Positions 13,121 to 27,792 are shown, counted from the stretch's first letter. The stretch is DNA of 64,000 nt from Eledone cirrhosa (GCA_964016885.1 OZ024742.1:352284001-352348000); one strand, 5' to 3'. Translations and numbers: made by a program. The notes: a model not told the origin generated them from the letters alone.

Positions 13121-13744
13121 TTACATTTAATTACATTTAATTATACATTTAATTATATCTTATATTATATTATTTTAATTTAGTCTATGTTATTTGATTT
13201 TAGTTTACCTTATTTTATCTTATTGTACGATTATATTATATTATGTTCTATGTATATAATTTTTAATTTTAATTTTATATTATTTTATATTATTTTATTT
13301 AATCTCATTCCTTACCCTGTATCACTATTATCTGTATATTTTATATTTTATATGTAAGTTTGTTATGTATTTCTTTGCATTTCTTTATATTTTCTTATTT
13401 TTATATATATTATAAGTCTGTTTTTTCACCTATTGTTTACCTATTTTTTACCTACTCTTACCTAATCCCATCTATCTTATCTACTCTTGTCTGTTCTCTT
13501 ATCCATGTGTCTACTCTTGTCTGTTCTCTTATCCATGTGTATTCTTGTATGTAACTATATGTTGACAGCACCCCGCCCAACTGTGACTGATAGCACCCCT
13601 TATTTTTCATTATTTTTCACTGCTTAGTATTCTTATCTTTATTTTTACTTTTACTTCCTTAATATCCTTTATCGTCTATTATTACCTTTCATTCTTCAAT
13701 GTCTTGGATTTGTTATTGCTTGTATGGTATGTAATTAACCTTTA

Positions 13745-13790
13745 TGCTCTGATGAGTCCCACTTATAGTGCGGATGAAACAATGTTAGCA
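13745..13790 (+). ncRNA. Minimal type I hammerhead ribozyme at the PLE 3' end
   Basis: TGCT-CTGATGA-GTCC-CAC-TTATA-GTG-C-GGAT-GAAAC-AAT-GTT-AGCA. Helix I is TGCT/AGCA and the cleavage triplet is GUU. Confidence 0.8.
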
Positions 13791-14098
13791 AGTAAAGATA
13801 TGCATATGCTATAAGCGTTCTTTGTTATTTATTATATAAATGCTTGTATGTATGTGTACACATATGTGTATATACATGTATGGTTGCATAAATGAATACA
13901 CTAAGCTTTAGAATTAGTAGAATGTACAACCACTGAATCCACCCGTTTGCACTATCGTATGTTTTGGTTGTTCGTAATTCCATGGGGAATTGGTTGACCA
14001 AATGCTTTGCTTAATTGTTTTATTTATAAAAAAACAAAATTGTTTCTCTTAGTTTTCAGGTATTGTTTTACAGCAAAGCAAGGCCCCTAAAATAGTAC

Positions 14099-14140
<42 letters not shown>

Positions 14141-14144
<4 letters not shown>

Positions 14145-17100
14145 ATGATGATGGATTCCCCCTCGTTATCGAGTATGGCCATTGCACGAGGAGAAAGAAA
14201 AAAAAATGAATAAATAAATAAAATAAAATAATAATAATAATGAAAAAATAAAAAATAAAAATAAATAAATAAATAAAAAAAAGAAATATATATATATAAA
14301 TATATATATACATATACATACATATATACACACACACCCACACACACACACACACACATACATTAATAACAATAATAATAATAATAATAATAACAACAAT
14401 AATAATATACATATACATATACATATACACACACACGCACACATAAGCATATCTACACACACACACACACGATACCAACTAATAGCGCTGCGATCGTATG
14501 TGGCTTTTTAGCCCAGTCAATGATCTAAAATGTCTTGCACAGTGTCGGCATCCAAAACATTCACTGGGAATAGTCGGCTGTGGCTGGAGTTCGTGTACTT
14601 TTGCATGTCGCTTGAGCCCTCCTGCTGATTTACATTCTATACCACATGTTTGGCAAGCATGATGAGTAGCATCTCCAACTGCAGCCTGGTAGTCAACCAC
14701 TGGTCTTACTTTATGACTGCGAAGATGACTTTCGAGTCCAGCTTTGCTTAGGCAGAGTCATGCACATACGCTGCATGTCAGCACCATAGGAGGACCCTCG
14801 GCGTCTGGAAGTTCAACAGCAATGTCCTTCCTCACATCCCGCTTTACTATCTCGTATGCGATTCGAGATGCCTCAAAAGCAACTTTTCCCTCATATACAG
14901 TCTTTCTCCATTTATTACGATCAGCAGCAATATTCTCCCATGTATCAGCAGAGATGTTAGCGTCTTTCAGAGAGGCTTTCAAGGAAGACTTATACCTCTG
15001 TTTTGGTTTATGTGGCGGTCGTTTTCCTTTAACCAACTCTCCATAAAAGAGTTGTTTTGGTATTCTAGAATCCTTCATCCTGGCAAGGTGACCACTCCAA
15101 TGGAGTCGTTGCTTAAGCACAAGAGCTTCTATACTGTCACACATAGAGCTTTCCAAAATCTCGACATCACTGATGTGGTCCCTCCAGTGGACGCCATGGA
15201 TCCGTCTGAGATACATCTGTTGAAAACGCTCCAATTGCTTAAGGTGGTGTCGATATGTGACCCAGGTCTCGCAGGCATAAAGAAGACAAGAGAGCACACA
15301 TGCTCTGTACACCTTTACCTTTGTCCGCCTGCATATATCTCGCCGACCCCAGAGTCGCCTTTCTAGCTTTCCGAAAGCTAATCCTAAGTGAGATTTCACT
15401 GTCAAGGTTGCTGTTTCGATTGACAGTGCTTCCCAGGTAGACAAACTGATCAACCACTCCAAGTCGTTTGCCATACACATAGATGTTTGGTTCAGTGTAC
15501 TGCTTACCAGGGGCGGGTTGGTACATGACGACGGTTTTCTTGAGACTGACAGTCAGACCTAGTGCAGTGCAAGCGTCAGAAAATGCATTCAAAATGAGCT
15601 GCGTATCACTCTCTGTGTGCGCTACAAGATCGCAATCATCTACATACAAGATGTCTCTTATGATTGATGTAAATACTTTTGTCTTCGCAGCAAAGCACCT
15701 GATGTTAAATATGCTGCCTGAGGTTCGATATCGGATGTAAACACCATGCTCGCAATTCCTGAATGCAATACAGAAAACCATTGCAAAGTATATGGCAAAC
15801 AGGGTCCGTGCTGGAATATCCCGCTGTTTCACTCCATTTTTTACTGAGATAGGCACCGACATGTTACCTCCGACATTAACCCAAGCCTTCATGTCGTCAT
15901 GGAAAGATCTAACTAAAGTAAGGAACTTATCAGGGCAACCAAGTTTCTGGAGAACCTTCCATAATGCATCTCTGTTAACAGTATCGAAAGCTTTTGTCAG
16001 ATCGACAAAAACCTGATACAGATCTAACCCTTGTTCCATGCACTTCTCCTGGAGCTGTCTAGCTGAGAAGATCATATCAGTAGTGCCAAGTCCAGCACGA
16101 AAACCAGATTGACTTTCAGGTAGCACACAATATGCAATGTGTGTCAGCAGACGGTCCAGAAGCACCCTACATAAAAAAACTTTCCCTACGACAGAAAGCA
16201 ATGATATACCTCTGTAGTTCCCACAATCGTTCCTGTTACCCTTTCCCTTGTACAAGACCACCATTACTGCATCTCTCCAGTCCTCAGGTACGGATTCATT
16301 AGCCCATATCCTGCCAAACAAAGAGTGAAGATGTTGCAGGAGTCTCTCACCACCATATTGTAGGAGCTCAGCATGTATGCCATCCATACCTGGAGATCTT
16401 CCACTGTTCAGCTTCAAAATAGCCACTGCAACCTCCACAAGCGTTGGAGGTTCTGCGAGAGCTACTTTCACAGTACTTTCTGGGATACGATTGAGGAAAT
16501 CTTCACTGACGACAGACGGCTGATTCAAAAGATCATCAAAGTGCTCTCGCCACCTTCGTAGAATTCCTTGTGAGTCACGAAGAAGTTATTTGCCATCCTT
16601 GCTGCGAAGCGGTGTCACCAGAGAAGAAGACGGTCCATAAACCTCACGCAAGAGACTGTACAACAGCTTTGTGTTATTGGAATCAGACGCAGTTTGTATC
16701 CCACCAGACTTCTCACTCCACCACTGATCCTTCATCTGAGAAAGACTCCGCCTAACACGTGATTTTATATCCCTGAGGTTTCTCATGCAACGTATTCCTC
16801 TCCTGAGGTTTGGCCGTCAAGTAGCGTGACAGAGCACGCCTCTTATCAGCCAACAAGTCTTCTATATCTACATCATTCTCATTAAACCAGTCCTAATGTT
16901 TCCTCTGCGCCAATTCCAGAACACGCCTGCCTACATCATATACCGACTTTTTAAGGGTCGGCCAATCCTCACCAAGATCTGCAGCCTGCATCTCTTCTTC
17001 CAATGTCCTCTTCACATTTTTATCCTTAAGACGAGCAGCATTTAATCTTTTGGGCAGGGCAACACCAGGAGCCTGAATTTTACGTTTAGTGATTAGTTTC

Positions 17101-18389
17101 ACTTTTGCGCGTACCAGGCGGTGGTCGGTCCAGCACTCAGCTCCACTAAGAACACGAACACACTGCACATCCTGTCTGTCACGCATCCTGACTAGGACGT
17201 AGTAAAAAAGATGCCATTCCTTAGATGCAGGATGCATCCATGTGGTCTTGAATTTGTTCTTTTGTTGGAACATGGTTTTCGTAACACACAGATCCAGCTC
17301 CTCACACATCTGCAGCAGGAGCATACCATTGCTGTTACACTTTCCCACCCCATGCCTTCCGATTACATTCCATGTGTTAAAATCCCTACCCACTCTAGCA
17401 TTAAAGTCACCAAGCACGATGACTTTGTCTGCCTGGGGGATATTTCTTAAAACACCTTTGAAGGCATGGTAAAATGACACCTTTTCCTCATCGACAGAAC
17501 TCATAGTTGGAGCATACACACTCACCAGGGTAGCATATCTTCCCTTGTCCAGCGGAACTCTAATGGACATAAGACGCTCACTAATCCCTACTGGGAATTC
17601 TTCTAATTTGTTTACAAGTACAGTCTTAACAGCAAATCCTACCCCAGCCTCTCTTCTGGTTCCTTCATCTCTTCCTTTCCAGAAGAATGTATATTCTCCA
17701 CAAAATTCCGTAAGATGACCATCTCCAGCTAACCTCGTCTCAGATAAAGCCACGATGTCAAGATCGTAACGTCGAAGCTCCTTTGCAACAAGAGCGGTCC
17801 TTCGTTCAGGACGCTCCAAGGATTCCCTGTCAAGCAGCGTCCGTACGTTCCAGCAGCCAAGACTAAATGCCTTGTTTGGCTCTATTACAATGGCACGATG
17901 ACAAGCGGGCCCAGGCTGTGATAACCTGGGGTTCCTGCCCTTATTGTCAATGATCTTTTTTCTTCCAGAACCTAAATTGCCAATTATCTCTTTTATATTG
18001 TTCTGGAACATCATTGAATTTGAAAAAAAAGAAAAAAAAAAAAAGGTAATAATAATAGTAATAATAATAATAATGATAATAATAGTACACTATTAATAAT
18101 TATTAATGCACTCGTGCAATGCCTGTGCGTGACGAATATTTTTAAAGTGAGGAAAGACTGTGCACTGAGCCAATCACACTCTCTGAGCGACAGTAGCTAT
18201 AACCCGAAAAGAAGAAAAGATCAACATCATCGGTAACTACTGAGCCGCAGGTTTTATGTCGGAGTTAACCCAGTTTCCTAAGATGCCTTCTCCTAGAAGA
18301 ATGCCCTGACAAGGGCTAGGGGTTCTTCACTCCCAGTGGTTTAACTGCGCGATCGGGCATCCAGCCCGATTATTTCTAAGTCCCCGCGC
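14141..18389 (-). mobile_element. Near full-length RTE-clade (BovB-like) LINE with frameshifted APE-RT ORF and (ATC)n tail
   Basis: APE domain (WNVRTL, SETR, GDFNA, WTDH) at 18014-16893. RT (YRGISLL, FVDLTKAFD, YVDD, YLG) at 16528-15239. Tail domain (LHWSGHLARM) at 15480-14758, then C2H2 fingers to 14479. Confidence 0.95.
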
Positions 18390-18507
18390 AAAAAAAAAAA
18401 AAAATCACTTATTGACACTTATACGTACGACATACGCACACGCGCATACATATGCGCGTACACAGCAACACTCATACATACAAACACACACGCTATTCTA
18501 CTCACTT

Positions 18508-18539
<32 letters not shown>

Positions 18540-18644
18540 TACCGTCATTACTGATACAAGATTACAAGATTATGTCAACTGTTGAATTTCAAGAGTTTGT
18601 ATAGTTGAAGCCGATCGTATTACAGTCCAGTATTATTATAATTG

Positions 18645-18800
18645 CTTTACAGCAGAGAGTTATGGCTCTCCACGCTCTGAGCTCAAATCCCGCCGTGGTC
18701 AACCTTGCCTTTCATCCCCACGGAGTCAACAAAAGAGAGTACCAGTGATGCGCTGGCCCAGTCGCTGGATCCGTGCCAAAAGCAGAAACATTATTATTAA
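18645..18800 (+). mobile_element. tRNA-derived SINE (Meta/MESC-like central domain)
   Basis: B-box-like GCTCAAATCCC, then GCCTTTCATCC...GTACCAG and an ATT tail. Related copies lie at 8295-8400(-), 31760-31900(+), 37578-37795(-) and 50700-50800(-). Confidence 0.65.
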
Positions 18801-19521
18801 AGTTGTTTTCTTAAGGCCCAGTCGCTGGTGATGGTGATGGCGGCGGCGGTAGTTGTGGTGGTGGCAGTTGATGTTGTTGTGTTGTGTGTGTGTGTGTTTT
18901 GTTATTTTGAGTTTGTTTTTTTTAATCTTTTGATGCCGCTGTTGTTGTTGTTGTAAATGTTCATTTCAGTTCATTCTGAAGCTGTTGTTGCTGTAAACAT
19001 TAGTGCCGGTGTTGTTGTTGTAGATGTTGGGGTTGAAATCTGGTCGTTTGACTGAGTGATGTATATACACACATATACATACACATATATATATATATAT
19101 ATATACACATTCAACAGAGAGTAGAGAGTTTGACAACAGGTCGATGACTTTAGTCTAAATAGGGTAATGACATGTGATGGTGGGGGAGAGTGTAGAAGTT
19201 ATTGTGGTGGTGGGGGACAGGGCGATGTATCTAGTTCATTTGACCGATTTCTTCTCTTTGCAAAATTTAAATTTTAGCCTTGAATTTTAGCCTATATTGA
19301 GAGGTAAGTAAATGTAAAATGTAAAATATAAATAAGGATTGCTCTGCTAAAATATACTAAAATATTTGTGGTAACTTCCACACACTTCTGTCGTAACATT
19401 CCCGAGTCCAGTGACCAACAAATTGTTGTATTTTGATTTTGATGTTTCAGAATACAAAAATTAATTAAAAATTTACCCCATGAAAAGACAGCGTGTGTTG
19501 TCCTATCTATAAGCTCCCTCA

Positions 19522-19565
<44 letters not shown>

Positions 19566-19744
19566 TGGACAGAAATAGAGTCTAGAATTAGCCGTCGAAA
19601 CGACTTCTGATGTGCCGTCGGGGTCAAACATTTTACTATTACCCTACTTATTGAGTACTCTGGTGCGTTATGGTGCATCTGGTTCTTACCACACTTCCCT
19701 CGTTATGTATATATATATATATATATTAATATTTTGAAGTAATA

Positions 19745-19913
<169 letters not shown>

Positions 19914-19925
19914 GTGTGTGTATGT

Positions 19926-20570
19926 TTGATTTATGTTAACTTATATTACACGGCTCAGGAATAATCTTCCTTCGAGCTATTTCATTGTAAATGATCGCCT
20001 GAGATTTGAACTCATTATTATTGATTTTTCACTGCTCCTTCGTTGAGCTGATTTTAGCCCCATACAAACGGCTGTTATTTCTAGCAGCACGAGTATGAGG
20101 CTAGCAAGACACTGGATAACCGCATGAGGTTACCTCGTGCGCTAAACAGTCTTCCTAAATATTTTGAAGTGGAACATACCAATTTTCATAGTGCTTGCTG
20201 AGGAGATCAATATGCGGTATTTTCTTCAACTTTTTCATTATTCGAAACATATTTGGATTTTAAGGTTTAAACCTGTCTACGGAACAGGTTTGATTTTGAA
20301 ATTTAAATTTGTCCAAGCACTACGGCCATTGCCAATACAATTTGTTTTTGTTGATTTATGATGTATTATCTTACGTCATGATAGGCAAACTGTAATATTA
20401 TTATTAGTATATTTCTATCTAGCTAACTTGGTCATTTACAATACAAACATAAATATGAGGATATTTGTGTTTATCAAATATATTGATTTATGTTAACCTA
20501 TATTGCACGGCTCAGGAATAATCTTCCTTCGAGCTATTTCATTGTAAATGATCGCCTGAGATTTGAACTC

Positions 20571-20575
<5 letters not shown>
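19926..20575. repeat. About 650-bp element between (TA)n tracts with about 90-bp direct terminal repeats (period about 558)
   Basis: TTGATTTATGTTAAC...GAGATTTGAACTCATTAT occurs at about 19926 and about 20484. Confidence 0.75.
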
Positions 20576-20627
<52 letters not shown>

Positions 20628-20760
20628 CTTCAAAATAGTAATACATATATATATATATATATCCCTGGTTCAATCGGGTGTAACCACAGTAAGGAAGGTA
20701 CTCAATACAAAGCAGATTATGAATATTTAATATAGAATACCTTTTCTATATTATACTATA

Positions 20761-20804
<44 letters not shown>

Positions 20805-21665
20805 GGTATATATATATATATGTTCGTATGTATGAAGAAACGGTTATTTCGAAACGCTATGTAAGAATTTGACGTTTGAAAGCTTGTTAACATATTTTAT
20901 GCTTATTTGGTGCTTCAAAATTAGAGAATTTGGCACATAAAACAATAGAATCGGAAAACTGCAGAATGTTGCATGTACGAAAGATGTTTACAAATGCCAT
21001 ACGCAGGAAGTTCTCATTACTATCTGTTATTAAGCCGAGCTCTCGCTTTCACGAACAAACTGACTAGGTGGATCCAAGGGATTTTGGCCGGCAGAGGTGA
21101 TAAAAATAACCTATTTGATCGATTGTGAAGGACAGCACGAGATCACTCCAATGCTTTGCTCAGACAAACCCAGTCTCGGCACAAATACTCCATTGCAATC
21201 ACTAGAATATGTCCGATTAAAAAAAAAAAGAAAACGCTCTATGAAATCATACTGCACTGTCACATCCTCTGTTCATATATAATGTATCATATTTAAATAG
21301 TTGAGAAAATACCGGTATAGAAAAGATGTGATTATAATCAAAATATGAAGGGAAGAAGGCTCCATGTACCTCTCATTTTAATGAATATATAACGAAATAT
21401 TATTTAAGCTGAAAGGCGACACTCTGTAGAGTTAGAAGAATTAATATATGTAAGTGTGCAGCTATATATAGAGGGACAGACACACATACTCACTCCTGGG
21501 CATATACTTATATATATACATAGTTATAGAAACTCATTCATACAATTAAATACCTAAATACTGAAGCACAAGGGACTCATTCATGTTTAGGTGTATTGGT
21601 ATCCCTGAAATATGTATAATGAAATAAATATGGTTTTATAAATATAGTTTCCATTTATTAATATC

Positions 21666-21708
<43 letters not shown>

Positions 21709-21807
21709 TGTGTGTGTGTGGATATTTACAGATATGTGTAACCCGGTTTTAATCGGGAGTAACCAGAGTAAGTAAGGTACTCTATACATAGCTGAGTGGA
21801 AAAATGT

Positions 21808-22096
21808 AATTTAGAAATGGATTCTACAGGAGTTGAACTGATTAATTCGAAATAATTCATCAGCAAAGTCTACTGTCAATATGATATGATGGTATTTATA
21901 CATTTTCTGATGGTAGGGGAGGGTGGTGATTGGGATGGGTGGACTTAAGTCCATTTGTCAACGAGCTCCACCCATCCCTAACACTCCCCTACCACCAGAA
22001 AATGTATAAATACCACCATATCATAGTGACAGTCGGCTTTCCTGATGACTGCCTTCGAAGGGAACAGTTCTATTCCTGTAGAAGCCATTTCTAAAT
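21808..22096. repeat. Diverged fold-back element carrying degenerate HHRs in both arms
   Basis: Arms 21808-21943 and 21967-22096. The right arm reads GGCTTTC-CTGATGA-...-GGAA-CAG...CTG-TA-GAAGCC (22035-22086). Confidence 0.65.
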
Positions 22097-22123
22097 TAAA
22101 TACAAACACACATATATAAATAA

Positions 22124-22198
<75 letters not shown>

Positions 22199-22200
22199 TA

Positions 22201-22288
<88 letters not shown>

Positions 22289-23391
22289 TAGGTTTTTTTA
22301 CAAAATGATTAGAAACGAGATGTCCTACACGAGTGAAAGTATAAGGAAAAAAGATAAAAATCGAAAATGCAACTGGAGTCTTTTTTAGAATATTTATTTC
22401 CCTCCTCTGCTGGTTTCTCAGTTATTGTGCTTTTCAAAAGTAGAATTGAGATGGAGGTTGTGTGGTTTTCTCGCATCTGGTTGGTGTTCAAATGTTACTT
22501 CTGTTTTATATGGAAAAAAGTGGCTCGAAATGCTAGGTTTCTAGACGAGTAATTTGGTTGGTTGATGACTGTGATGTGAATAAGTATAATAAATGTCGCA
22601 CCTTTCGCGTTACAAAGTTCTTATTATATTTGCCCTTAAAAAAAAGGGAGGGAGTCAGATTGATTTTCATATATGAGTGAAATTTGGTTGATGCTGTCAC
22701 GTGAATAAGCACATCAACTATCGCGCCAGTTTGTGTATGATTTTCATTTTACTAAAAAAAAGTGGCTCAAGAAGGTTATTTTTTATAAATGTAATTTGAT
22801 TGGTCATAAACGAATTTATGACTATCACCTGAACAAGTACATTACATTTTGCGCACGTATTTCGGGAATTTTTTGTAGCCATTTTCAGAATGTTGTGCCA
22901 ACCAAAAGATAATGGTCAAGAAAAAAGTGATGGGGAGGTTTCTTCTGGTTCTGTGAGTATGGCTGGTGTGATGAGCTGTCAAAATTCAGACTTTCTATTC
23001 AAATAAAGAAAGTAGAGCTACGTTCTATAACGTCTCTTCTCTAATTTCTCCAGAATTATTCTTTCGCCTACTTCCTCTAGCCTAGTTTCATGCACATTCC
23101 TTAGAATTAGTTGTATAGAATTCACTTTCAACGCTTGACCGGCTCCACCCTCTCCCTCTTTGTTCTACAGGCAAGTGCAGCCACCACCACCTTCCACCCA
23201 CAGCCATGATAGACTTGATTGTGTTTACAAGAAATGTTGACCAATCCTCTTCTCTTGACACTACAATCTTCCCATATAAGGAATTACCCCCTGAAACGTT
23301 CGGCTATTTATTTACCACGCTAAAAATTATAATTTAGTCCAGAAATAGCCGTCGAAACGGCTTGAAATCAACATTCGGGGTCAACTGTTTT

Positions 23392-23442
<51 letters not shown>

Positions 23443-23446
<4 letters not shown>

Positions 23447-26400
23447 AGATAAGCAGAACAAGTAAAATTCAACCAATTTTTCAAAATAAATCAAAATTAA
23501 TATACAATTAAAATTAATCAAAATTAAAAAATATAATATAAATATTTACCTATTCAAATGGCCCTAACTGTACAGTTTCACGGTGCAAAACATTAAATAT
23601 CACGAGGATATTAATGGAAAAGCAACGATCATCAGAGAAGCATTTTCCTGTCCTAGGGTTAAAAACCCCAGGAACGACAAAATATATGACCTCACTCCAA
23701 CTAATACAGGTCTGAAAGGTCGTGAAAGTGACCCGTAAATACATTAGTGTATAGTGAAGGTGGGAAATCGTAGACTAGCCGTCTATGATCGCTACTAAAA
23801 AAGATTTTTACCAACTAAATAGAACGACAAAGATTTATCTCTACATACTGGAGATTGTTGAATAAGGTTAATATATATCTGAGGGTACAATGTACCCTCG
23901 CAAATATATAGTGTGAATATGATTTAAGGTGGTTCTATGGTAATAATTTGATATACCAGAACTTAATATCAAGATAAGCTGAACAAGTAAAATTCAACCA
24001 ATTTTTCAAAATAAATCAAAATTAATATACAATTAAAATTAATCAGAATTAAAAAATATAATATAAATATTTACCTATTCAAATGGCCCTAACTGTACAG
24101 TTTCACGGTGCAAAACATTAAATATCACGATGATATTAATGGAAAAGCAACGATCATCAGAGAAGCATTTTCCTGTCCTAGGGTTAAAAACCCCAGGAAC
24201 GATAAAATATATGATCTCACTCCAACTAATACAGGTCTGAAAGGTCGAGAAAGTGACCCGTAAATACATTGGTGTATAGTGAAGGCGGGAAGTCGTAGAC
24301 TAGCCGTCTATGATCGCTACTAAAAAAGATTTTTAGCAACTAAAAAAGATCGACAAAGAGTTATCTCTACATACTGAAGATTGTTGAATAAGGTTAATAA
24401 ATATCTGAGGGTACAATGTACCCCCGGAAATATATGGTGTGTCTATGATTTAAGGTGGTTCTATGGTAATAATTTGATATACCAGAACTTAATATCAAGA
24501 TAAGCAGAACAAGTAAAATTCAACCAATTTTTCAAAATAAATCAAAATTAATATACAATTAAAATTAATCAAAATTAAAAAATATAATATAAATATTTAC
24601 CTATTCAAATGGCCCTAACTGTACAGTTTCACGGTGCAAAACATTAAATATCAAGAGGATATTAATGGAAAAGCAACGATCATCAGAGAAGCATTTACCT
24701 GTCCTAGGGTTAAAAACCCCAGGAACGATAAAAAATATGACCTCACTCAAACTAATACAGGTCTGAAAGGTCGTGAAAGTGACCCGTAAATACATTGGTG
24801 TATAGTGAAGGCGGGAAATCGTAGACTAGCCGTCTATGATCGCTACTAAAAAAGATTTTTAGCAACTAAATAGAACGACAAAGATTTATCTCTACATACA
24901 GTAGATTGTTGAATAAGGTTAATATATATCTGAGGGTACAATGTACCCCAGGAAATATATAGTGTGTCTATGATTTAAAGTGGTTCTATGGTAATAATTT
25001 GATATACCAGAACTTAATATCAAGATAAGCAGAACATGTAAAATTCAACCAATTTTTCAAAATAAATCAAAATTAATATACAATTAAAATTAATCAAAAT
25101 TAAAAAATATAATATAATTATTTACCTATTCAAATGGCCCTAACTGTACAGTTTCATGGTGCAAAACATTAAATATCACGAGGATATTAATGGAAAAGCA
25201 ACGATCATCAGAGAAGCATTTTCCTGTCCTAGGGTTAAAAACCCCAGGAATGACAAAATATATGACCTCACTCCAACTAATACACGTCTGAAAGGTCGTG
25301 AAAGTGACCCGTAAATACATTAGTGTATAGTGAAGGCGGGAAATCGTAGACTAGCCGTCTATGATCGCTACTAAAAAAGATTTTAGCAACTAAATAGAAC
25401 GACAAAGATTTATCTCTACATACTGAAGATTGTTGAATAAGGTTAACATATATCTGAGGGTACAATGTACCCCCGGAAATATATAGTGTGTCTATGATTT
25501 AAGGTGGTTCTATGGTAATAATTTGTTATACCAGAACTTAATATCAAGATAAGCAGAACAAGTAAAATTCAACCAATATTTCCCAAATAAATCAAAATAA
25601 ATATACAATTAAAATTAATCAACATTAAAAAATATAATATAAATATTTACCTATTCAAATGGCCCTAACTGTACAGTTTCACGGTGCAAAACATTAAATA
25701 TCAAAAGGATATTAATGGAAAAGCAACGATCATCAGAGAAGCATTTTCCTGTCCTAGGGTTAAAAACCCCAAGAACGACAAAATATATGACCTCACTCCA
25801 ACTAATACAGGTCTGAAAGGTCGTGAAAGTGACCCGTAAATACATTGGTGTATAGTGAAGGCGGGAAATCTTAGACTAGCCGTCTGTGATCGCTACTAAA
25901 AAAGATGTTTAGCAACTAAATAGAACGACAAAGATTTATCTCTACATACTGTAGATTGTTGAATAAGGTTAATATATATCTGAGGGTACAATGTACCCCC
26001 GGAAATATATAGTGTGTCTATGATTTAAGGTGGTTCTATGGTAATAATTTGATATACCAGAACTTAATATCAAGATAAGCAGAACAAGTAAAATTCAACC
26101 AATTTTTCAAAATAAATCAAAATTAATATACAATTAAAATTAATCAAAATTAAAAAATATAATATAAATATTTACCTATTCAAATGGCCCTAACTGTACA
26201 GTTTCACGGTGCAAAACATTAAATATCACGAGGATATTAATGGAAAAGCAACGATCATCAGAGAAACATTTTCCTGTCCTAGGGTTAAGAACCCCAGGAA
26301 CGACAAAATATATGACCTCACTCCAACTAATACAGGTCTGAAAGATCGTGAAAGTGACCCGTAAATACATTGGTGTATAGTGAAGTCGGGAAATCGTAGA

Positions 26401-27792
26401 CTAGCCGTCTATGATCGCTACTAAAAAAGATTTTTAGCAACTAAATAGAACGACAAAGATTTATCTCTACATACTGAAGATTTTTGAATAAGGTTAATAT
26501 ATATCTGAGGGTACAATGTACCCCCGGAAATATATAGTGTGTCTATGATTTAAGGTGGTTCTATAGTAATAATTTGATATACCAGAACTTAATATCAAGA
26601 TAAGCAGAACAAGTAAAATTCGACCAATTTTGCAAAATAAATCAAAATTAATATACAATTAAAATTAATCAAAATTAAAAAATATAATATAAATATTTAC
26701 CTATTCAAAGGCCTTAACTGTACAGTTTCACGGTGCAAAACATTAAATATCACGAGGATATTAATGGAAAAGCAACGATCATCAGAGAAGCATTTTCCTG
26801 TCCTAGGGTTAAAAACACAGGAACGATAAAAAATATGACCTCACTCCAACTAATACAGGTCTGAAAGCTCGTGAAAGTGACCCGTAAATACATTGGTGTA
26901 TAGTGAAGGCGGGAAGTCGTAGACTAGCCGTCTATGATCGCTACTAAAAAAGATTTTTAGCAACTAAATAGAACGACAAATATTTATCTCTACATACTGG
27001 AGATTCTTGAATAAGGTTAATATATATCTGAGGGTACAATGTACCCCCGGAAATATATAGTGTGTCTATGATTTAAGGTGGTTCTATGGTAATAATTTGA
27101 TATACCAGAACTTAATATCAAGATAAGCAGAACAAGTAAAATTCAACCAATTTTTCAAAATAAATCAAAATTAATATACAATTAGAATTAATCAAAATTA
27201 AAAAATATAATATAAATATTTACCTATTCAAATGGCCCTAACTGTACAGTTTCACGGTGCAAAACATTAAAAATCACGAGGATATTAATGGAAAAGCAAC
27301 GATTCAGAGAAGCATTTTCCTGTCCTCGGGTTAAAAACCCCAGAAACGACAAAATATATGACCTCAGTCCAACTAATACAGGTCTGAAAGGTCGGGAAAG
27401 TGACCCGTAAAAACATTGGTGTATAGTGAAGGCGGGAAATCGTAGACTAGCCGTCTATGATCGCTACTAAAAAAGATTGTTAGCAACTAAATAGAACGAC
27501 AAAGATTTATCTCTACATACTGAAGATTGTTGAATAAGGTTAATGTTTTGCACCGTGAAACTGTACAGTTAGGGCCATTTGAATAGGTAAATATTTATAT
27601 TATATTTTTTAATTTTGATTAATTTTAATTGTATATTAATTTTGATTTATTTTGAAAAATTGGTTGAATTTTACTTGTTCTGCTTATCTTGATATTAAGT
27701 TCTGGTATATCAAATTATTACCATAGAACCACCTTAAATCATAGACACACTATATATTTCCGGGGGTACATTGTACCCTCAGATATATATTA

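Larger units (their letters stand above)
10284..13832 (+). mobile_element. 5'-truncated Penelope-like element with 17-bp TSD, long 3' UTR and terminal HHR
   Basis: TATATAAATGCTTGTAT flanks both sides (10267-10283 and 13833-13849). It contains a GIY-YIG ORF and an HHR at 13745. Confidence 0.85.

Noticed and set aside
18300-18389. HDV-like ribozyme expected at the RTE 5' end
   Set aside because: A hairpin is present (ATCGGGC/GCCCGAT) but I could not build the nested double pseudoknot.
23550-26370. Repeated 64-aa ORFs (MYLRVTF...) in the 525-bp units
   Set aside because: They use non-ATG starts, match no family I recognise and are broken in units 7-8. They overlap the HHR and look like by-products of the repeat.
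23443-27544. CRISPR-like or rDNA/5S/snRNA array interpretation
   Set aside because: There are no unique spacers and no recognisable rRNA or snRNA sequence.
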